From Coniocarpon cinnabarinum (Eukaryota), in assembly GCA_051942205.1 (NCBI GenBank), contig JAVECO010000034.1:124001-147851 (forward strand): a stretch of DNA of 23,851 bases, in the 5' to 3' direction. Below, one piece after another: positions 11,012 through 19,437 of the stretch; position 1 is the first letter of the stretch; every line of letters starts with the position of its first letter. Below the pieces are notes generated by a model, which saw nothing but the letters and a program-made list of their open reading frames with translations, had not been told where the DNA came from and ran no database searches. The position numbers and the translations under genes are program-made.

Positions 11012-11326
11012 ATGTGAGTACTGTCCGGACCTTATTGCTTGCGAAATAAGCTCTTTGGATTGACGGACGTTCATAGGTGCGGGTGGTGGCGATGCCCCCG
11101 AGGTCACACATGGAGGCATGATAGATGCTGGCAATTTAGGAACGGGTTGCCATGTCGCTATTACACACTTGAGCCAGCTTCCAGCGCTCACTGTTCCCGT
11201 TGTCGACGACGTAGTCATGCAATCAACTCACAGCACCAGAAAACCGGTTTCAGCGGCTCAAGAGCAAGTTTTCAAACCTTCTGCAAGGCAAACACAGCGG
11301 GAAGCAAACAATCCTTGAGGTCATAA
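11012..11326 (+). CDS. Small Cys/His-rich protein, copy C, 83 aa; exons 11012-11013 and 11077-11326
   Basis: Intron 11014-11076 (GTGAGT..ATTGAC..TAG). Product MCGWWRCPRGHTWRHDRCWQFRNGLPCRYYTLEPASSAHCSRCRRR... Confidence 0.8.
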
Positions 11327-11420
11327 AAGGCCTCGACGTATTTTTGCTTCTTAACAGTCTCTTTTTGCATTACACGCTCTCCGAACATGTTCTCGCACCA
11401 GAAGCACTGACATTGCGACC

Positions 11421-11714
11421 ATGTGAGCACCGAAAGGACGTGTATGCTTGCAATATGAGCTCCTTAGATTGACTGACGTTTACAGGTGCACGTACAAGCG
11501 ATGCCCTCGTGGCCATCAAGTGAGGACACACAGATGCGGGAGAGCTAGAGCTGGACTTGTCTGCCGTCCTTCATATAGTCCGATTACCGCCCGTGAGTGT
11601 CCGCAATGTCGACGACGTAGTTGGCGCGAACGGATCGCATCACCAGACAACCGTTTTCAGCAGCGAAACAGCACAAGGGCGATTTTGCTACGAACTAACG
11701 ATTGTGAGACGTGA
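11421..11714 (+). CDS. Small Cys/His-rich protein, copy D, 76 aa; exons 11421-11422 and 11486-11714
   Basis: Intron 11423-11485 (GTGAGC..ACTGAC..CAG). Product MCTYKRCPRGHQVRTHRCGRARAGLVCRPSYSPITARECPQCRRR... Confidence 0.82.
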
Positions 11715-11883
11715 GCAAACTTCAGGTCATTCACAGCGCTGACGCGACTTCACTGCTTAGTTTCTCTTAGCTGCTGCAATTCTCTTGATTGCATCAACGA
11801 CATCAGCAATACATTGCACACTCACCTGATCCCTCTCAGAAACCCGCTGCATTGACTCATTGTTAAGTATTACTGAAACCTCA

Positions 11884-12107
11884 AACATGCGAGCAAAGCC
11901 GACAGTCATGCGTTTGCCAATTCGATCCAGCCCAATTCCAGCATTGGATGTCCAACTTGTCGAAGACGTCAAGCGAATGACTCCGACACCTGGAGACAGG
12001 GCCGGGACGCTTTGTCAAATTCGCATGCCTGTCGCGTGGTGGTATGTGGTAGTCATCAAGGACGAGTCTCTGCTGAAGAGGCGATGATTCATGAAATATT
12101 TGGGTAA
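11884..12107 (+). pseudogene. Truncated, frameshifted fifth copy (E) of the Cys/His-rich unit
   Basis: Follows a promoter module (11646-11770) and the ACTCACCTG motif. Encodes C-x8-C (CEQSRQSCVC), then shifts frame into SIQPNSSIGCPTCRRR (compare SIQPVSSNHCPRC in B). Start, intron and first Cys/His codons are missing. Confidence 0.65.
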
Positions 12108-12646
12108 TCTATTGCGTTCATCACGACCCTGGGGATGATTGCTGGGCCTTGCAGCCCATGGCCAGGACGACATCAGGGCAGAGTTGGCTCAGCAGCTCGG
12201 CATTTCACGATCAACGACTCACAAACGATTGACGATTGACGATTACTATCGAGTAGCAGCTCAATGTCTGGCATTGATGCCCTCAGCATGCAGATAACGA
12301 TATCATGCTTTAGTAGCCACCACGTTCTCTCGAACTTTGCTGCATAACTTCTGCTGAACCTCTTATCAGTCGTCAATCCAGAACGCCTCATGTTAGTCGC
12401 AATGCAGGAATGGTGTGAGCTGAGCCTCCGCACGTGGGTTTGACAGACCAGTAATAGGAGTGAGAGCCGACTTGGACATACACGTCACACCTACGAGCTG
12501 CGCAAATGTCTGCCAACGAGTCTCCACGCGAAACCTAATCGACCGACTGAAGCTACAAGCACGACCGCCAAAGCGTGCTGCGCCTTGCAAATAGGGGCTA
12601 AGTAGAAGAGCACTTGCCGTATGTTGTTTCGACAAGAGGCTTTCCT

Positions 12647-12741
12647 TATCGTATCCATATCTTTTTGACCCGAATTTCCGTTATCGCACAGGCTCGTTGC
12701 CCGGACTGATATCCGGCAATGACTTTTGTGCGTGACCCTTG
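12647..12741 (+). repeat. Copy 1 of an ungapped 95-bp dispersed direct repeat
   Basis: Aligns to 13975-14069 with about 18 mismatches, about 15 of them transitions. Confidence 0.85.
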
Positions 12742-13312
12742 AAAGCACCGAAATACGCAGTAGCAACTTCCTTAGTTCGTGACACTACGTTGTCCACGCG
12801 TGTTCTTGCAAACGCTTGGCCTGCGCACGAGTCGCAGTGTTTTCAGCGATTGCTAAGAAATGACCTCATGGCGTGACTGACCGAGTGTTTCCGATAGCTG
12901 CGTGTGCAAATGCAATCGTGTGTGGCTTTGCAGCGCTGATAATCACCATTGCGAGGCCTCGGCTGAGGTACAGGATTGGGTTGGCCGATTCTCGAATTTG
13001 TTGAACGTACACAGGCAGCATTATGCGAACCAGCAAACGAGGAAGCCCATCACGCGCGATGTCTTCCAAGGCAGCCGATGATTGTGCAAGACCTGCTCAA
13101 AAATTCTTCCACAGAGCTATTCGCCGGACATTGTCGTCTTGACAACTGCGTGTATCCATCACCCAGGTGGCCTCCGAAATTCTGAATATCTGATAGCATC
13201 GAGCTGGCTTAAGCAGCCAAGTAGTATGAAACCTCAAGCGCACTTCAACGTCTTTGAAGAAACAGCTCCGGCATCACTTACTGACATGTGCCAGAGCCCG
13301 GACAACATCATA

Positions 13313-13807
13313 ATGCCTGACCGCGGTTACGGACCCTCACATGGAAAGAAGGCACCACGCTTCCTCTGGTACATAGGAGGTGGAACCGGCGAGCCACCTG
13401 CATTTAAAGATCTTGGTAGAGATGTCAACGGCAAGCCATACGTTGTGCGGCACAAGAACGAGCACACGCAGGAGAAAGGTCGTAAGAAAGACAAACGTGT
13501 CTCTGCAAATCATGCAAATCATGAGAGCGAGTACCTTGCGGAGAGGATGAAAGACTCCGCTACATCCAATATGAAACTTCTCGAGGGCATCGAATCGGAA
13601 CAACATTCTGATCGTTCGCGAGCTCCGGCATCGTCCAAAACACAGCATGTGAAGTTTTCTTTACCAGAACGTCTAGGAGGCTCGAATGACACGAAAGAGG
13701 ATGACGCCCATGATCTGGAAGAGTCCACACATTTGGAGGACAAAGCAGGAAGCGATACCGGGGGAGATGACGGCTCGAGAGAACCACCTAATTGGGGCAC
13801 GACTTGA
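13313..13807 (+). CDS. Hypothetical hydrophilic protein, 164 aa (MPDRGYGPSHGKKAPRFLWYIGGGTGEPP...)
   Basis: 3' part of ORF 13082..13807, with ATCATAATG context. A canonical 71-nt 5'UTR intron at 13224-13294 (GTATGA..ACTGAC..CAG) ends 18 nt before the ATG, which argues against the longer N-terminus. Confidence 0.6.
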   Translation: MPDRGYGPSHGKKAPRFLWYIGGGTGEPPAFKDLGRDVNGKPYVVRHKNEHTQEKGRKKDKRVSANHANHESEYLAERMKDSATSNMKLLEGIESEQHSDRSRAPASSKTQHVKFSLPERLGGSNDTKEDDAHDLEESTHLEDKAGSDTGGDDGSREPPNWGTT

Positions 13808-13974
13808 CAGGCAGGTTTGACTTGCAGGGAGGCTGAACCTACCACAGCATCCACGTTACCGGACCCTTTTCTTTCAAACATTCTGAGGTCCTGCTTTCGC
13901 CGCGTCAAGGGCCAAGCAGGAAAGTATTTGCCACGAGTTAATTCAGCAACTTATAAAGCACTAGCGGCTTTCGC

Positions 13975-14069
13975 TATCATGTCCGTAGCTTTTTAACCCA
14001 AATTTTTGTTGTCGCACAGGCTTGCTGCCTAGACTGATATCCAGCAACGACTTTTGTCCGCGTCCCTTG
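13975..14069 (+). repeat. Copy 2 of the 95-bp dispersed direct repeat
   Basis: Partner of 12647-12741; shared cores tcgcacaggct and gactgatatcc. Confidence 0.85.
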
Positions 14070-14692
14070 CGCTGCAACAGAAACACGACCTGTCTGCTTG
14101 CATGTGCTTCAGCTTCTTTTTTCCTCGCCGCCAACCCTTTCTCGTGCAAGATAAATTTCGTGCAGCATCTAAGATAGCTCCACGTCTCGAGCACGCGCAT
14201 GCCTTCTGTGTGCCGCATCAGGATCCACGAATTGGATGAACAGTTTCGATGGCCCGGTTTGTGTCTTCGAAGTGGGGAATATTTCCCGGCTGAGCGATCA
14301 GGCCAAGTGAAAGCAAGCACGAGCGTGGAAACGGATCCAGACGTTGAACAGCGACGTAGTGCAAACAAAAGGCCACAGTCTCCGCGCTGTGGGCCAAGTT
14401 GCCTACGTCGAGCCCAGGGCAGACACGTTCTAATGTCTTTAAGCAAGCAAATTTGCCTTCATGAGACTGATGCAGGTAGTTCGCACCGTACCTTTCCCTT
14501 GTTTTGCTGACTCATTGATGCCCAATGATATCAGAAGCTACATTCTTGTGGCCACCAGTGTATGAGTCCAGACCCTCGTTCCCGGGTCTCGTAGGTTACT
14601 TTCTCCCAAAAGTTGCTTGTCATACAGCGACAGCAGCCTCTCGAACAGACGTTTCATCAACCTTGACAGCTCTTGCAAGTTCAATCTTCACG

Positions 14693-15053
14693 ATGTGTCG
14701 TTCCAGGATCTGCGTTGAGTGCGGCAAGACTTTAGAATTTACAGCTTGCTATGGATCGAACAAAAACACGTGCAGTAAACTCGTTACGACAGATGTATAC
14801 GGCTGTGACAGTTGCCGTAGCAAGAACAGTGCGGTCAAGTAAGTCAATTTGCTGCTACGCTCATAGCCCGTTTCTGACGCATCGTGTGTTCAGAGCTGCC
14901 AATGAGCACGGGATGACCACTGTCCAGGATTGCGGATCGTTTGCGGAGCTTCGCTTCAACTGCAGAAAATCCATGGAAACAAGCCCCTTCGCCGGGCTCA
15001 AGGGGAAGAGACTCGTCACGCAGGCTTCTCGACATAGAAACATTCTGTCATAG
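14693..15053 (+). CDS. Small 7-Cys protein (family member, type II); exons 14693-14838 and 14894-15053, 101 aa (49 aa if the intron is retained)
   Basis: MCRSRICVECGKTLEFTACYGSNKNTCSKLVTTDVYGCDSC, with TTCACGATG context. Intron 14839-14893 (GTAAGT..TCTGAC..CAG) is at the same position as in the 15824 paralogue. Confidence 0.78.
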
Positions 15054-15823
15054 AAGCGTCGTCTTAGCGTACGACCAGAATGAGCAACCACCTTTGTTGT
15101 TGATTCTTGCCAATCCGTATACACAATCTTAGCCATGCAATGGGTGGGCCGATTCCTACGCATTTGCCGTACGCATCTCCCGGCGCCGACGTTAAGGAGC
15201 TTTCCGACTATGTTTTCATATTCGTGACATCCAAGTTGTATCAAAATCTTGGACTTCTCTCCCTATGAGCGTGCTTTTCAAGAGAAAATAATGATGAGCA
15301 TTGGCAAATAAGCCCAAACCCAAGCCGGACAGCGATGCATCCAGCGTCGAAGGCAAAAGTCGACGCAAGCTTCCAGCCTGGGCAGCGAGCCTCGGTGATG
15401 AAGACCTTTCGGGTCACATGGCTATGAGTATGGAAGCGAGAACCCTCTGTAGCTTACAAAGCGCTGAGTCGTAGTGCAGCAGGTACTGTCGTTCGAGGCC
15501 CTTGCAGAGCAAACAAAGCCAGTTGATTGATGTCCAAGTGTGGGTGCAGTGTCCCATCGCACGAAAGCAAGGTAACGCCAAAGATGTCGTGTACTGACGT
15601 GCAAACAGTAGCTGTTGTGCGTCGAACCTCATTCTTGATTTGCTAGACATCTGACATCACACCTCTGAAGGCAGGCGTTTGCGGCCAGAAACCTATTTAA
15701 TCGGCCCTTCGCTCGACCTCTTCCTGCTGCTTTCTGATCAGTACCGACTCTTCAACGATAACAGTTACCATTCGTTCAAAACCTTCCTCGATCTTCTCAT
15801 CTTTCGCAAAGCCGACATTCAGA

Positions 15824-16025
15824 ATGTGTCGATACGTAGAGTGTAATGGATGCGGCTGGCGCGAGTTTTTCGCGGCATGTCCCTTTCCCAATACCAACGC
15901 GTGCCGCTCGTCGATCGCAAAGAGAGTCGAACACTGTTTTAGATGCCGTAGGAAGACCAGACCTCGCCCGTGAGTGGAGTTGGCGCTACTCTAAACTCTC
16001 ATTACTAACGCACTACAGGCGATGA
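15824..16025 (+). CDS. Small 7-Cys protein (family member, type II); exons 15824-15969 and 16019-16025, 50 aa
   Basis: Absent from the ORF track. MCRYVECNGCGWREFFAACPFPNTNACRSSIAKRVEHCFRCRRKTRPRPR has the same Cys spacing as the 14693 gene (C2,7,10,19,27,38,41). TTCAGAATG context. Consensus intron 15970-16018 (GTGAGT..TACTAAC..CAG). Confidence 0.82.
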
Positions 16026-16804
16026 TCGTGGCGGCCCATGCCCACGGAAGCGAAAATGCTTACTGCCATCCAATATGAGTCGCTGGACATACTGAAGTCA
16101 TTCTGTAGCAGACGTTGGCTCAATGTCCTGGGTAAGGCAAGCACGTTATGAAGGCTTCCTGGTGTATGGATACGTCTTGCGGCAGTGTCGACTTGGCGTA
16201 CCGCTGTGATGAAATGCGATCTCGAGCCAATCACCTGGCTACTATACTAGCCCACTTGAAGATAGACCTTGAGTCTTTCCCATCTCTGCAGAGATTTTGC
16301 ACGTCTTGATGTGCTGATACATGATGTTTGCGCGTCAGAGCTATCGCTTGCCTTTTATTAGTGAACATGCTAGTAGCCATTGCGGCCTTGTGGCGGTAAG
16401 AAAGCAGGTATAACTCTATCGTTGACGTGCAGTGACATAGCCTGTACTTGTTGCCTTGATAGATGGGCTTTCAGTCTGAAATGATCGGTATATTTAATTG
16501 CTGATCAAGTCTCATCCATCATCTGAGTGTCACTAAGAATAGTCCTTGCTATAGCGTGACTTGGTGCTTTGAGAGACTCAGAGGGTACTCGCTGGTATGC
16601 TTTTAGGGTAGGGAACCGGAAAACTTTTGAGCTTGGGGCTCCTTGTCTGGACATGTACCTCGTCACTGTTCTATTTTCTCGCAACCACTGATGACTGCTT
16701 TGGCCTGCGAGGTAGAACGTGAAGCCCGGCAACGACTTCTGTTCCTGACCCTCGAGGGCGGGGTGGCGAAGGAGTTTTTTCAGAACCAAATGCAGGCAGC
16801 AATT

Positions 16805-18187
16805 TTACTTGACCTCGACATCGACCTCGGCGACTTCCACAACTTGTGGCGCCTGTCGCTTGACTGATTCCGTAATTGTGACGTCGCCACTCATGGTACG
16901 CTCTTGCTTCATGGACGCTCTTCCATTGTATGATCCCAAAGGTGGACCAATCAAAGCTGCAAGAGCAGCGCCAGAAGCACCCATGGCGCCAAGTCCCGTT
17001 CTGGGCCGCGCAAATGTGAAGCTTCGCTGGTTGAGTGCATCTCGAGGTATTTTGGTGCCAAGAAGCGTCTTTGCTCCATATACGAAGGTTGCGATACCAG
17101 TAGACGCTGCAAATATGCCGAGGAACATGATTGGAGCAGTGAGAGAGACCGTGCGCAAAGTGAAGTTAAGGTGCGATCGGCTGGGTGGTGAAATGATGAG
17201 GTTCGCAAGAGACGTAAGGAAAACGGAGGCACGCTTGATGAGACCGGGGGGTTGCTGAATTGATGAGGGTCCGTCCGACACTGCTGACTCCTGTGCATTC
17301 GGTGCAAGGCTCGTCTGCTTGACCGAGGTTTCCTGCCCAACACGGGCAGCGTAGTCTACGACGCGCGGCCAACGCATGCTGATCGCATCTGGTATTGTGG
17401 TATCGCAGACATTACTATTGCTCAACAGTATCAGATACCCACAGACTTGGCAGTCAACGCTTCTCAGACGATCGTCTATGAGATAGGTATGGTGCTGCAA
17501 AGCTGCATTCAAAGGTTCGCAGAGTGTATCGATGGCATCTTCAAGTCTGAATCTCGCCCTATTAACCTGCTCCTTTAGCCTCTTCTTCGCTTTTTGCGAT
17601 CGTGCGAACAGTAGCGAAGGGTTGTCACTGCCTTCGAGGTGGCCACCTGCCGCCGGATCTGTGTCTTCTGATGTCGTGTCTTTCTTTCCCACCGGTTGAT
17701 CCGCCAAGCCAGCCGACGCTGCTCTTCGCTCTGCTTTGTCGAATCTGTGAGATAGGTACAGCCATCCGAAAGGCCAATACGAATAGCGGGATTGAGCGGG
17801 ATGTGTCACGTCGGAGTAATTATCTCGATTGATGTACAAATGATACTCGAGCAGAGGCAGTGCCTGCTGAAGAGTGTGATATCCCAAAGCCAAAGCTTCG
17901 GCCTGCTGACGGGGCTCAACGCCATCGTCGAGGGCTTCGCCAGGCAGTTGAAAGTACTTCAAGAAATTGCGGAAACGTCCATGAATGCAGAGGTCATCTC
18001 CTCGCAGACAAGGCAGTGTTCCGGATGGGCTTATGGAAGCGTCGTAAGTAGTGACAATGGACAGTCTCGCGTCGCTCGGCAGGACTTTCGTAAGAAAGAG
18101 AATGACAGCAACACATTCAGGGTCAAGAGATGGTGCGCCATGGATGGGAGCCCACACGTAGAGTTTGAAGCCTTTAGAGGAGGCCAT
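16805..18187 (-). CDS. SAM37: Mitochondrial outer-membrane sorting and assembly machinery subunit, Sam37/metaxin-like, 460 aa
   Basis: N-terminal LYVWAPIHGAPSLDPECVAVI...SPSGTLPCL (Tom37/metaxin N-domain), YINRDNYSDVTHP, a GST-C-like YLIDDRLRSVDCQVCGYL and a C-terminal hydrophobic segment. ATG at 18187 is preferred because the domain starts right after it. Confidence 0.82.
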   Translation of the reverse strand: MASSKGFKLYVWAPIHGAPSLDPECVAVILFLTKVLPSDARLSIVTTYDASISPSGTLPCLRGDDLCIHGRFRNFLKYFQLPGEALDDGVEPRQQAEALALGYHTLQQALPLLEYHLYINRDNYSDVTHPAQSRYSYWPFGWLYLSHRFDKAERRAASAGLADQPVGKKDTTSEDTDPAAGGHLEGSDNPSLLFARSQKAKKRLKEQVNRARFRLEDAIDTLCEPLNAALQHHTYLIDDRLRSVDCQVCGYLILLSNSNVCDTTIPDAISMRWPRVVDYAARVGQETSVKQTSLAPNAQESAVSDGPSSIQQPPGLIKRASVFLTSLANLIISPPSRSHLNFTLRTVSLTAPIMFLGIFAASTGIATFVYGAKTLLGTKIPRDALNQRSFTFARPRTGLGAMGASGAALAALIGPPLGSYNGRASMKQERTMSGDVTITESVKRQAPQVVEVAEVDVEVK

Positions 18188-19437
18188 GAACGAACAGCAT
18201 ATGAACAATATCAAGCTACAAGAACGCGTGTATGAGAGACGTGTTTTAAGTCCGCTATCTCCGCGTGTACCAATGTGCATTAAAGAATTGCTTTCAGATC
18301 GTTGTTGACGTCGACGGCGGTACATTACTAACACAGTCTGGAGAGAAGTGCGTTGTCAAGAAATCTATTGATGTTGCGGCGAAATGCCTATGATTGGGTC
18401 GTATGGAAGGGCCATGCATATCTACAATCAGTATCTTACTACAAACAAACAACGCACTCTGCCTCGACAGAGAGCTGTCCCATCTCTTGTATCCGTTGAG
18501 CGGCCTTCACCAGATTCTTTGACGCTACACATACGAAGGATATCTGTAACACCTTCACGTAGACACACATTTAACAGTATTGTCCGGTCGGTGAGATAAC
18601 CAAGCGATCCTCCACGCAGAACAGTAACATTAGTACACGGAATAGCAGTAACATGCATGCTTCGCAGTAGGGTCTTGTCCGCAGATCGATCGGAAAGAAT
18701 GTTGCTAGCATGATGACTCTGAGCTAATGGGTGACCACACAGCAATAAGTCGACGTTTTGTAGAACCAACCGATGCTGCTTTTGAGATTGCGCACCCATT
18801 CTGGGTCCAGAATTTCGATATACTAGCTGCGGTGTCTCGAAGCGGTCTGCGCCCTCAAGACTTTAAGACCTTCTTTTCCATCTAAGCAATTCCCCACGTT
18901 CCGACAAGCCGAAGACTGCCACAGATAATGAGCACGAGGTGCTATCAGTGGCCAACCAAGAGCGACCGCTTGGCTGTCCGCATGTTTGTCATTGGGTGTC
19001 CGACGAGCACAGGACCCATTACGCTTCATGATTTGGATGTGATCGAGAGATAGTGTGTTGCGACAGACATATATCATGCCTGGCATCTTTCCAGACCCTA
19101 TCAAATTTGCCAGAGCCATTCTTGAGCACAAGGCAGATGGCCGCGCATCAGAGACTTGTGTATACGGACTACGTGATGCGTGATCGCATTCTGTCGAGAT
19201 GAAGGTAAAATCTAAGGCCGGTAGTACGCAGTCGAAAGCGTTTGCTAATCGTCGTCATCACGGCCAACGCAGGCATTCCACCTTCCTCTTGATCCCAGTT
19301 TCCACCGCCTTGCTTGTCGTTTCTTTTCCGGCTTGTAAAACCCACAAGCATTTTCCTCATTCCATGTTCCATTCCATCCACAACCTTCTGGTCTCGAAAT
19401 TGAAGTTCACAACTCGGCACAGGGATCGCGTGACAAC

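Noticed and set aside
10769..11017. 82-aa ORF MAENRLQQPNST...
   Set aside because: It is the promoter/leader module of copy C read through, ending on C's ATG-TGA; the frame is not kept in the other units.
9100..12107. Repeated units as a CRISPR array, LTRs or secreted effectors/defensins
   Set aside because: Repeats are diverged 400-860 nt gene units in eukaryotic DNA, with no TG..CA LTR ends; the proteins lack signal peptides.
13082..13312. 'MCKTC' N-terminus of ORF 13082..13807 as another family member
   Set aside because: The start is TTG, the Cys spacing does not fit, and a 71-nt canonical intron interrupts the frame.
16809..18235. Plus-strand ORFs overlapping SAM37 (and similar antisense ORFs over ERG9, the kinase and the last gene)
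   Set aside because: Antisense shadows of real genes.
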